Positions 46,201-55,093 of a stretch of DNA of 64,000 nt are shown piece by piece. The stretch is from an uncultured Collinsella sp. GTDB lineage: Bacteria > Actinomycetota > Coriobacteriia > Coriobacteriales > Coriobacteriaceae. Made by a program: the position numbers and the translations under genes. Within the stretch, counting starts at the first letter, position 1. Each line of letters starts with the position of its first letter. The notes below the pieces were generated by a model. That model ran no database searches. It saw only the letters and a program-made list of their open reading frames with translations, and was not told the origin of the DNA. The stretch lies in assembly GCA_959606495.1 (NCBI GenBank), contig CAUHJB010000004.1, forward strand, positions 12,813 to 76,812, written 5' to 3'.

Positions 46201-46207
46201 GAACATT

Positions 46208-46282
46208 TGGTGGGCGTTAGAAGATTTGAACTTCTGACCTCTTCCGTGTCAGGGAAGCGCTCTCCCCCTGAGCTAAACGCCC
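46208..46282 (-). tRNA. tRNA-Val (anticodon GAC), CCA encoded
   Basis: Hand-folded. Acceptor GGGCGTT/AACGCCC; anticodon stem CTTCC/GGAAG with loop CTGACAC; T-loop TTCAAAT. Confidence 0.9.
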
Positions 46283-46571
46283 GATCAAGGGTGCGCAAGC
46301 GCGCAAGGGATAATATAACGGAGCCTGAACTCGGTGGCAAGAACATTTTTAAAAATCGCTTACATTGTGGAATTCGGGGGCTTTGTCATATCCATTTCAA
46401 AAGAGCCTGCTGCCGCGATTTGGCTGTCGCATAATGCAAGGCCATTGCGGTATCGAGCTATGGAAAGACGCCTGCGGAATTGTCCTACCGATAAGCGGAC
46501 AAGCCTCCAGCTGGTGACTTCGCCGTGGTAAGGTAAGCCGAATTGTTTCTAGGCTGTTTCGGGGGAGTGGA

Positions 46572-47594
46572 ATGAGCAAAGAGTGTGTCGAGCAGGTCGA
46601 AGGCACAGGGGCTTCGGTGCCGATGACCGATATATCGAACATTGATGTGCCCGAGGGCACCGACGAGCTCAGCCGCAACACCCGTCGCGCCTGGCGCGAG
46701 CGCCTTAACGATGCGTCGTCGCGCAAGATGATCACGGGCGTCTTGGCTACGCTGGTGGGCGGTTCGTTTTGGGGCTTCTCGGGCACCAGCGCGAGCTTTC
46801 TGTTCGATATCTACCACGTCGACACCTTGTGGCTTATGAGCGTGCGTCAGATTCTCGCCGGTCTACTCTTTATGGCCGTGGTTGTTACGCGCGACCGCGA
46901 GCGCCTGATTAAGCTCTGGACCACACCCGCCGATCGCAAGCAGCTGCTGCTCTTTACCGCCTTTGGCCTGCTGTTCAACCAGTTTTGCTATCTTTCGGCC
47001 GTGCGCCTGACGAACGCCGGAACCGCGACGGTGCTCCAGTGCCTGCAGCTCGTTATCATCATGGGCTACGCCTGCGTGACCGGTCGCCGCATGCCGCGTA
47101 CTCGCGAAGTCGTCGGCATTGGCCTGGCTCTGGGTGGAACCTTTTTAATCGCCACCGGCGGCGACCCCACCAGCCTGAATATCTCGACGCTTGGCCTGGC
47201 AGCAGGTCTTATGTGTGCGGTCAGCGCCGCGTGTATGGCGGTGATTCCCGCCAAGATCCTGCCCGAATACGGTAGCCCCATCTTCACGGGCTCGGCAATG
47301 CTCACGGCGGGCGTGGTCTCATGTGTCTTCGTGCAGCCCTGGGCGCATATGCCGGCGCTCGATGCCGCCGGTATCGAGGCGCTCGCGGTGTTCGTGGTTA
47401 TCGGCTCGTTTTTTGCTTACATGCTCTATATGCAGGGCGTTAAGGACATCGGCTCGGTGCGTGCGAGCCTCATCGGAACTGTGGAGCCGGTTTCGGCGAC
47501 CATCACCAGCGCCGTTATGCTGGGCACGGTGTTTTTGCCGACCGACCTTATCGGCTTTGCCATGATCATCGTGATGATGTTCCTCACGGTGTAG
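46572..47594 (+). CDS. EamA/DMT family transporter (second copy)
   Basis: Ten-TM EamA-type profile behind a ~55-aa hydrophilic N-terminus. The true start may be internal. Confidence 0.75.
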   Translation: MSKECVEQVEGTGASVPMTDISNIDVPEGTDELSRNTRRAWRERLNDASSRKMITGVLATLVGGSFWGFSGTSASFLFDIYHVDTLWLMSVRQILAGLLFMAVVVTRDRERLIKLWTTPADRKQLLLFTAFGLLFNQFCYLSAVRLTNAGTATVLQCLQLVIIMGYACVTGRRMPRTREVVGIGLALGGTFLIATGGDPTSLNISTLGLAAGLMCAVSAACMAVIPAKILPEYGSPIFTGSAMLTAGVVSCVFVQPWAHMPALDAAGIEALAVFVVIGSFFAYMLYMQGVKDIGSVRASLIGTVEPVSATITSAVMLGTVFLPTDLIGFAMIIVMMFLTV

Positions 47595-47743
47595 CTGGCG
47601 CCGCCGCCAAGACAGAAAAGGTGTTGTGCCGCATTTTCGCCAATTGACGTCCGTGTCTGGAGTTTAGCTGTCGATGCTCAAAATGCCATAAACTAGTAAC
47701 GTTATGGATTTTTTCATTGCGACTCAATTGCGAGGATTTCTTT

Positions 47744-50056
47744 ATGGCTGGTAATCACTTTAAGGGCAGCGATAACGGCCGTCCTGCAGTTCCGCCGCGT
47801 CCGAACGGGGCTGGTAAGGCCGGCACGCCGGGCGGCGCTGGACAGGGCGGTTCCAGTAAGCGCGTGTCCCCGGGCGAGACGGCGATGTTTACCGCTCTGT
47901 ACGAGCAGTCTCAAAAGGCGAAAAAGACCGGCCGTGCAAGAGGGAATGTCTTTGCGGGCGGTGCAACCTCCGCGTCGCAGCCGAGCGGGGCTCCTTCGGT
48001 ACCTGCGAACAACGCAGGTGCTGCCAACGCCGCAAATGCCGCCGGCAACGTTAATGCCGGCAAGGCCGCCAACAATACTCCCTCTGCCGGTGGCGCGGGG
48101 CTTACGGGTAACCTTGGCACGATTTACACCGGTGCCTCCGAGACTGGCACGTTCGCCCGCCTGGATGATAGCGGTGCCGAGTTTGCGGGCTCGGGTTCCA
48201 AGGAAGATTATTACGATTTTGGCTTGAACTACGGTAGCGACGCTTCGTCGAGTTCGACCTCTGACGGTCTGGTCCGTCATCGCCATCGCAAGGGCGAACG
48301 CAAAAAGCGTCACACCGGCGCCATTATTGCCGCTGTAGTCGCGGTGCTTCTCGTTGCGCTTGGCGCAAGCGGCTTTATGCTGCTTAACTCGGCAAAGACC
48401 GTAAAGAGTGAAGCGAAGGAGGCCGTCGAGATTGTCGGTGGCCTTAAGGACAAGGTCACGTCGGGCGATTTTTCGACGCTGCCTGACGACGCGAAGAAGA
48501 TTGATGAGCTTTGCGACAGCATGAAGGCGGAGACCTCGAGCCCGCTGTGGACGGCGGCTTCGTTTATCCCGGTGTATGGCAGCGACATCAATGCGGCCCG
48601 CACCATGATCGACGCCCTGTCCGATGTCTCGAGCAATGCGCTGGTTCCCATGGCCGATAACCTTTCGCAGGCCACGCCCGGCAAGCTGTTTCAGGACGGC
48701 ATGATTAACGTGTCCGCGCTGCAGGCGGTCGCCGATTCGCTTTCCAGCAGCTCGAAGGTGTTCAAGAGCGCCAACGAGAAGATCCAGGGCATTGGCGATA
48801 CTCATATTTCCCAGGTGACCGAGCTGGTCGATAAGGCCAAGGACGGCTTTGCCACCCTCAACGGCGCGGTTGACGCGGCGGAGAAGGTCGCCCCCGTCCT
48901 TCCGCAGATGCTCGGCGCCAACGGCCAGACGCGCAACTACCTTGTGTACGCCATGAACAACGTCGAGATTCGTGCCTGCGGCGGCTTTGGCGGTTCGCAG
49001 GGCCTGATTTCGGTCACCGACGGCCAGATGTCGATTGGCGAGTTTGTTCCCCGCATTGGACTCAGCGAGGATGAGGCAGTCGAGAGCGTCGACGAAGAGG
49101 ATGAGGCGCTGTTCGGCAACCACAGTAACCTGTACAACTCGGGCAATACCTATTCGCCTGATTGGCCCCGCAACTCGCAGCGTGTCGCAGCCCTGTGGAA
49201 ATCTCAATATGGCCAGGACGTTGACGGCGTCGTGGGTATCGACCCGGTGTTCCTGCAGTATCTGCTGGGCCTGGTCGGTAACGTGTCGCTGCCCGACGGA
49301 ACGGTTGTCGACGGCACCAACGCCGCAAAGGTCCTCATGCACGATGTGTACTGGAACTATCCGGTCGAGGAGTCGGACGGCATCTTTGCATCCGTCGCCA
49401 GCGCTGCCTTCGACAAGATCCTTGGCGGTATCGGCGATGTCGATGTTACGAAGCTTGTCAGCGCCGTTGAGCGCGGTGCCGAAGAGGGCCGCCTGATCGC
49501 GTGGATGAAAAACGATGACGAGCAGAACGCTATCAAGGAGATGAACATCGACGCCTCGCTGCCCGATCCGGATGACCCGAGTGAAGATCCCGTTGCTGGT
49601 GTCTACTTTAACAACCTGAGCTTCTCCAAGCTCGACTGGTACCTGAATGCCGATACGCAGATTGGCCAGGGCATCAAGAACGGTGACGGCACATGCTCGT
49701 ATCGCATCACCGTTACCCTGACGAACATCATGACGCAGGAGGAGGCCGGCAAGCTGCCCGACTACGTCGCGGCGAGCGCGCCCGATGCCGCGCGCGACGA
49801 CGAGCGTCTGAATGTCTCGTTGTTTGCCCCGACGGGCGGCAACATTACTGATCTGACCGTCGAGGGCACCCAGTTTGGTCTTGGCGCCGCTACGTGGCAT
49901 GGAATCCCCTTCTATTCGGGCACCGTTGACCTGCATGCTGGCGAGACGACGACGATCACATATACGCTGACCACGTCAGCCGAGGCGGGGGACAAGCCGC
50001 TTACGCTGCGTCAGACTCCTACATGCCAGGCGGCTCGCGACAGCGCGTCGGCGTAG
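47744..50056 (+). CDS. DUF4012-domain membrane-anchored extracellular protein
   Basis: Disordered Gly/Ala/Asn-rich N-terminus, one TM (IIAAVVAVLLVALGASGFMLL), and the typical DUF4012 segment NNVEIRACGGFGGSQG. Confidence 0.75.
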   Translation: MAGNHFKGSDNGRPAVPPRPNGAGKAGTPGGAGQGGSSKRVSPGETAMFTALYEQSQKAKKTGRARGNVFAGGATSASQPSGAPSVPANNAGAANAANAAGNVNAGKAANNTPSAGGAGLTGNLGTIYTGASETGTFARLDDSGAEFAGSGSKEDYYDFGLNYGSDASSSSTSDGLVRHRHRKGERKKRHTGAIIAAVVAVLLVALGASGFMLLNSAKTVKSEAKEAVEIVGGLKDKVTSGDFSTLPDDAKKIDELCDSMKAETSSPLWTAASFIPVYGSDINAARTMIDALSDVSSNALVPMADNLSQATPGKLFQDGMINVSALQAVADSLSSSSKVFKSANEKIQGIGDTHISQVTELVDKAKDGFATLNGAVDAAEKVAPVLPQMLGANGQTRNYLVYAMNNVEIRACGGFGGSQGLISVTDGQMSIGEFVPRIGLSEDEAVESVDEEDEALFGNHSNLYNSGNTYSPDWPRNSQRVAALWKSQYGQDVDGVVGIDPVFLQYLLGLVGNVSLPDGTVVDGTNAAKVLMHDVYWNYPVEESDGIFASVASAAFDKILGGIGDVDVTKLVSAVERGAEEGRLIAWMKNDDEQNAIKEMNIDASLPDPDDPSEDPVAGVYFNNLSFSKLDWYLNADTQIGQGIKNGDGTCSYRITVTLTNIMTQEEAGKLPDYVAASAPDAARDDERLNVSLFAPTGGNITDLTVEGTQFGLGAATWHGIPFYSGTVDLHAGETTTITYTLTTSAEAGDKPLTLRQTPTCQAARDSASA

Positions 50057-50093
50057 GGTTTTTCTGGTAGCGCAGATAATCGAGTACCATTTT

Positions 50094-50126
50094 GGGGCGG
50101 ACAGGCAATCTGTTCGCCCCTATTTT
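50094..50126 (+). terminator. Rho-independent terminator
   Basis: GGGGCGGACAG-GCAAT-CTGTTCGCCCC then TATTTT. Confidence 0.75.
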
Positions 50127-50139
50127 GTAAGGAGAGCGC

Positions 50140-51471
50140 ATGAAGTACTTTGGCACCGACGGCTTTCGCGGTGAGGCTAACGTTGGGCTGACGGTAGAGC
50201 ACGCTTATAAGATTGGCCGTTTTGTGGGCTGGTATTACGGCGCCAACCGCGAGCGCAAGGCGCGCGTCATCGTGGGTAAGGACACGCGTCGCTCGAGTTA
50301 TATGTTCGAGGCGGCGCTGGTGAGTGGCCTGGTCGCGAGCGGTGCGGACGCCTATATGCTGCACGTGATCCCCACACCGGGTGTAGCGCATCAGACCGTG
50401 GAAGGCTGCTTCGATTGCGGCATCATGATCAGCGCGAGCCACAACCCGTTTTGCGATAACGGCATTAAGCTCGTCAATAGCGACGGTTTTAAGATGGACG
50501 AGGACGTACTGGAGCTCATCGAGGACTACGTCGATGGCAAGAGCGAGGTGCCGCTGGCCACGGGCAACCACATCGGCGCCACGGTGGACTACATGCAGGG
50601 CCGCAACCGCTACATTGCCTCGCTCATCGCCAGCGCGAACTTTTCGCTGCAGGGCGTCAAGATCGGCATCGACTGCGCCAACGGCTCGGCGTCCTCGGTG
50701 GCCAAGCCGGTGTTCGACGCGCTGGGCGCCGACGTGCGCGTGATCAATGCCGCGCCTGATGGTTTTAACATCAACGTCGACTGCGGCTCCACGCATATGG
50801 AGCGTCTGCAGCGCCACGTGGTGGAGCAGGGCTTGGACGTGGGCTTTGCCTATGACGGCGATGCCGACCGCTGCCTGGCCGTGGACGAGCGCGGCCGCGT
50901 GGTCGATGGCGACCAGATCCTGTACGTGTGCGGCGTGTACCTGAACAAGCACGGTCGCCTTTCGGGCGGTACCGTGGTTCCGACGATTGCCAGCAACTTT
51001 GGCCTGATCAAGTCGTTGGAGCTTGCCGGCCTAAGTGCCGTGACCAGCGGTGTGGGCGACCGTCACGTGTATGCCAAGATGCGCGAGAGCGGTTACAGCC
51101 TAGGCGGCGAGCAGACGGGCCATACGATCTTTGGCGATATCGAGCGCACGGGCGACGGCATTATGACCTCGCTGCGCGTGATGGAAGTGATCCGCGCCGA
51201 GCGCGAGACGCTCTCGCAGCTCACGGCTCCGTGCAAGCTGCTACCGCAGGTGCGGGTGGCCGTGCGCGTGGCGGACAAGGACGCCGCGCTCGAGAACATG
51301 GGCGTGCAGAACGCCATCGCCGAGGCCGAGGCTGCGCTGGCAGGCGAGGGTCGCGTGCTCGTGCGCAAGAGCGGAACCGAGTCGGTTATCCGCGTGCTGG
51401 CCGAGGCGCCCGACCAAGCATCCGCCGATGCCGCCATGAAGCGCATCGCCAACGCACTCGAGGCTCTGTAG
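50140..51471 (+). CDS. glmM: Phosphoglucosamine mutase
   Basis: MKYFGTDGFRGEAN N-terminus, SASHNPFCDNGIK phosphoserine loop, DGDADR metal loop. Confidence 0.93.
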   Translation: MKYFGTDGFRGEANVGLTVEHAYKIGRFVGWYYGANRERKARVIVGKDTRRSSYMFEAALVSGLVASGADAYMLHVIPTPGVAHQTVEGCFDCGIMISASHNPFCDNGIKLVNSDGFKMDEDVLELIEDYVDGKSEVPLATGNHIGATVDYMQGRNRYIASLIASANFSLQGVKIGIDCANGSASSVAKPVFDALGADVRVINAAPDGFNINVDCGSTHMERLQRHVVEQGLDVGFAYDGDADRCLAVDERGRVVDGDQILYVCGVYLNKHGRLSGGTVVPTIASNFGLIKSLELAGLSAVTSGVGDRHVYAKMRESGYSLGGEQTGHTIFGDIERTGDGIMTSLRVMEVIRAERETLSQLTAPCKLLPQVRVAVRVADKDAALENMGVQNAIAEAEAALAGEGRVLVRKSGTESVIRVLAEAPDQASADAAMKRIANALEAL

Positions 51472-51640
51472 TTACGCGGTTTTACCAAACCGCGTAACTG
51501 CTCGACGCTGCAAACGCCCCTAAGCGGCAATCTGACGTTCAATTTCAAGGGCGCGACCAGAAGGTCAGCGCCCTTTCATTTCACGTTATCTTGCTCGCTT
51601 GGGGTCGTTTTCTCTGACGTCGCCAAGACATTAGCGTCAA
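51471..51640 (+). repeat. Family C structured element, copy C2 (candidate ncRNA)
   Basis: Begins inside the glmM stop codon (TAGTTACGCGG). Same architecture as 28841-29005. Confidence 0.7.
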
Positions 51641-51757
51641 CGAGCTACTCATTGGGGACAGTCTTTGCCGATTGGCCGGTTTGCTGGCCGGATGGGCAAG
51701 GACTGTCCCCAACTGCCGGCAGAAAAGGAACGTCCCTAACTGCCGGCCTTCAAGGCC

Positions 51758-53332
51758 TTACAGCTGATACAGCGTGGTGAACTTGTCCTGCAGGTAGCTG
51801 CAGTAGTAGCGGGCGTCAAAGGCCATGCCGCACGCGCCCTTGATGAGCTCCGGCGCGTCCTTGGCGCGGCCCCACTGCCAAATGTGCCCGCCGAGCCAGG
51901 CGCGGACGGGTGCCAAGTCGCCGCTCGCGCAGGCGCCGTTGAGGTCGACACCGTCGCGGCACATGGCCGGCACAAACATGGCATCGTAGGCGCTGCCCAG
52001 CGCATAGGTGGGGAAGTAGCCAAACGAGCCGCCGCTCCAGTGCGTATCCTGCAGGCAGCCGTGCGTGTCGTCGGGAACGGGAATGCCCAGGTACTCGTTC
52101 ATAAAGCGGTTCCAAAGCGCGGGGATGTCCTTGGCCGTGGCCTCGCCGGCAAACAGCATGCGCTCGATCTGGTAGCGCACCATAATATGCAGCGGGTAGG
52201 TGAGCTCGTCGGCCTCGGTGCGGATCAGCGACGGCTGAGCGATGTTCACGGCGTGGTAGAGCGTGTCCTCGTCGACGTCGCCGTAGACCTCGGGTGCGTG
52301 GCGGCGCAGCACCTCGAGCAGCGGTCCCATAAAGGCGCGGCTGCGACCCACGGTGTTCTCGAAGAAGCGGCTCTGGCTCTCGTGGATGCCCATGGAGGTG
52401 CCACCCTCAAGACAGGTGCGCGCATAGGCAGGATTGACGCCCAGCTCATACATGGCGTGTCCCGCCTCGTGGATGATGCTGTAGACGTTGGAGATGCAGT
52501 CGTCCTCGTAGATGTGCGTGGCGATGCGCGCGTCGCCCACCGAGAAGCCCTCGCTAAACGGGTGCTCGGTAAAGGCAAGCGTGGTGTCGTCCAGGTTCAG
52601 GCCGACAAGCTTCATCAAGTCGAAGCTCATGGCGCGCTGGGCAGCCTCGGGCACGTGGGCGTGCAAAAAGTCGGCAGCCGGCTGCTGGCCGCGCTCGCCG
52701 ATGGCGTGCACGAGCGGCACGACCGTGGCCTTGACCTCATCGCAAAACGCATCGAAGCTCTTGGCGGAAAGCCCGCGCTCGTACTGGTCGAGCCAAACAT
52801 CGTACGGATCGCGCTTGGGATCCATGAGCTCGGCCTGATATTTGAGCTTGTCGACAATCTTATCCACATAGGGCTCAAAGCTCGCCCAGTCGTTGGCCGC
52901 CTTGGCCTTGTGCCACACGGCATCGGCCTCGCAGGTGAGCCTGGTCCAAGCCTCGGCCTCCTCGGTGGGAATGACGCTCGCCTCGCGCTGGTCGCGGCCG
53001 AGCACGCGGATCTCGTTGAGCAGTTGCGGGTCGTCGATCTTGCCGCCGGCGACCGTCTCGCGTGCCAGCGAGCGCACCAGCTCGACAGACTTTTTGCTGG
53101 TCAGCAGCTTGTGGTGCTCGCCGGCAAGGGTGCCCATGGCGTCGGCGCGCGCTGCGGCGCCGTTGGCGGGGGCAATGGTCGCGCCGTCAAACTCGGCAAT
53201 CTTGAGCAGGTACTCGCGGGTCCACAGCTTGCTCTCGAGCTTGCGGAACTTCTTAACAGCCTTATCGACCTTCATGCCCTTGGGTGCCTTGCCGCCGGCA
53301 GCCTTGGCCTTCTTATCGAGTTTCTTTCCCAT
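51758..53332 (-). CDS. M32 carboxypeptidase (Taq-like)
   Basis: HEAGHAMYE (HExxH), TEHPFS, GIHESQSRF motifs. ATG at 53332 after AAGGAT. Confidence 0.88.
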   Translation of the reverse strand: MGKKLDKKAKAAGGKAPKGMKVDKAVKKFRKLESKLWTREYLLKIAEFDGATIAPANGAAARADAMGTLAGEHHKLLTSKKSVELVRSLARETVAGGKIDDPQLLNEIRVLGRDQREASVIPTEEAEAWTRLTCEADAVWHKAKAANDWASFEPYVDKIVDKLKYQAELMDPKRDPYDVWLDQYERGLSAKSFDAFCDEVKATVVPLVHAIGERGQQPAADFLHAHVPEAAQRAMSFDLMKLVGLNLDDTTLAFTEHPFSEGFSVGDARIATHIYEDDCISNVYSIIHEAGHAMYELGVNPAYARTCLEGGTSMGIHESQSRFFENTVGRSRAFMGPLLEVLRRHAPEVYGDVDEDTLYHAVNIAQPSLIRTEADELTYPLHIMVRYQIERMLFAGEATAKDIPALWNRFMNEYLGIPVPDDTHGCLQDTHWSGGSFGYFPTYALGSAYDAMFVPAMCRDGVDLNGACASGDLAPVRAWLGGHIWQWGRAKDAPELIKGACGMAFDARYYCSYLQDKFTTLYQL

Positions 53333-53464
53333 ACCATATCCTTGATCTCGCAGGCCGAGCGCCACGGATGGGCGCGCGGCCAGTTTGCACAGCTACCTGC
53401 CTTGTACCCAGCGCGAACAAAACGGAACGCGGCGATACGCGCACGCAATGTGGTATCCTATAGC

Positions 53465-53752
53465 CCAATGCGTTGACGGAGAGGGTTTTGCCCGCCGCGT
53501 CGCCGGCAAGAGAGGGAAGGTCATGGGCTGCAAGCCTTCCTGCGGCGGCAAGGGCCAAGCGTTCACTCCCGAGCAGCGACCTCAACGGGCGCGCGGCCAG
53601 CGGCGGCGATGTCCCCAGTAGGGAAGCCGTGAGCCTCGCGACAAGGGGCAAAGAGTGGGCACGGCGGGCCAGACATCCGCCGGGTCAAACAAGGTGGTAC
53701 CGCGGAATTCAACCGTCCTTGGGCAATGCACATGCCCGAGGACGGTTTTTTG
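53465..53752 (+). promoter_or_regulatory. T-box leader (Phe specifier) with an intrinsic terminator
   Basis: T-box sequence AAGGTGGTACCGCG at 53691-53704. Terminator AACCGTCCTTGGG...CCCGAGGACGGTTTTTT (53711-53752). Candidate specifier TTC-A at 53562-53565 just before the stem I closing helix. Confidence 0.8.
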
Positions 53753-53836
53753 TTACCGAACCGGGCCGCGTTTTCGCAACGCCAAGCGGCGCCAGCCGCC
53801 CCGGCAAGCGGATGCGCGAGAGACGAAAGGGAAGAC

Positions 53837-54913
53837 ATGAGTCTGATTGATGATCTGGTCAAACTCGAGGAAGAGGCCAAGGAGCTCGTCGCAGGCGCCG
53901 ATGACGCCGCCAAGCTCGAGGCTGCGCGTGTTGAGCTGCTCGGTCGCAAGGGTCGTATCACCGGCTTGATGCGCATGATGGGCAAGCTCGCCCCCGAGGA
54001 TCGTCCCGTGATGGGCAAGCGCGCCAACGAGATGCGCCAGCTGATCGAGGGCATGCTCGACGAGCGAAACACCGAGATGAAGGCCGCCGCCCTCAAGCGC
54101 GCACTCGAGCACGACGCCGTCGACATCACGCTGCCGGGCATCCGTCCGCAGATCGGCCACCAGCACCTGATCAAGCAGATCATCGAGGAGGCCGAGGACA
54201 TCTTCTGCGGCATCGGCTACACCGTCGAGTCCGGTCCCATGGTCGACACCTCCTACTACAACTTCACCGCGCTCAACGCTCCCATGGATCACCCGAGCCG
54301 CTCGGCCCGCGATACCTTCTACGTGGTCGACAACAACCCCGGCAGCGTCGCGCACCCCGAGGCTCACGCCCACGGCGAGTCCGACGTGCTGCTGCGCACC
54401 CAGACTTCGGGCGTGCAGATCCACACTATGGAGTCGCAGAAGCCGCCCATCTACATGATCTGCCCGGGCACCGTCTACCGTCCCGACACGGCCGACGCCT
54501 GCCACCTTCCGCAGTTCAACCAGATCGAGGGCCTGGTCGTCGACGAGGGCATCACCTTTGGCGACCTGAAGGGCACGCTCGACTACTTTGTTAAGTGCAT
54601 GTTTGGCGAGGATCGCAAGACGCGTTACCGCCCGCACTTCTTCCCCTTCACCGAGCCCAGCTGCGAGGTGGACGTGAGCTGCCACGTGTGCGGCGGCAAG
54701 GGCTGCAACTTCTGCAAGCACAGCGGCTGGATCGAGATCTTGGGCTGCGGCATGGTCGACCCCAACGTCCTGATCAACTGCGGCATCGACCCCGAGAAGT
54801 ACACTGGCTTCGCCTTTGGTATTGGCGCCGAGCGCGTCGCGGCCCTGCGCTACGACCTGCCGGACCTCAGAACGCTCATGACGGGCGATATGCGCTTCTT
54901 GAACCAATTTTAA
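53837..54913 (+). CDS. pheS: Phenylalanine--tRNA ligase alpha subunit
   Basis: Class II motifs (HPSRSARDTFY, FFPFTEPS, GFAFGIGAERVA). AAAGGGAAG SD before the ATG at 53837. Confidence 0.93.
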   Translation: MSLIDDLVKLEEEAKELVAGADDAAKLEAARVELLGRKGRITGLMRMMGKLAPEDRPVMGKRANEMRQLIEGMLDERNTEMKAAALKRALEHDAVDITLPGIRPQIGHQHLIKQIIEEAEDIFCGIGYTVESGPMVDTSYYNFTALNAPMDHPSRSARDTFYVVDNNPGSVAHPEAHAHGESDVLLRTQTSGVQIHTMESQKPPIYMICPGTVYRPDTADACHLPQFNQIEGLVVDEGITFGDLKGTLDYFVKCMFGEDRKTRYRPHFFPFTEPSCEVDVSCHVCGGKGCNFCKHSGWIEILGCGMVDPNVLINCGIDPEKYTGFAFGIGAERVAALRYDLPDLRTLMTGDMRFLNQF

Positions 54914-55093
54914 GTTGACCTGTCCCGGCGGCTTCCCGAGCCACCGCACCTTGCCTTTCAATCGTCGGTTGCGTACCTAAGTACGCGGCCCTCCTCTTTC
55001 AAGGCAATCTGCGGCACCTCGGAAACCCGTCTCCGTAGCTGGAGTTTTCCGTCTGTTTAATGCAGGCGTTACAGATGAAAGGAGACCAGTTAG

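Noticed and set aside
41931-46207. Calling the islet a bona fide integrative element or prophage remnant.
   Set aside because: There is no integrase, recombinase, or phage structural gene. I could find no direct repeat of the tRNA-Val 3' end at the distal boundary. Only composition and position support horizontal origin.
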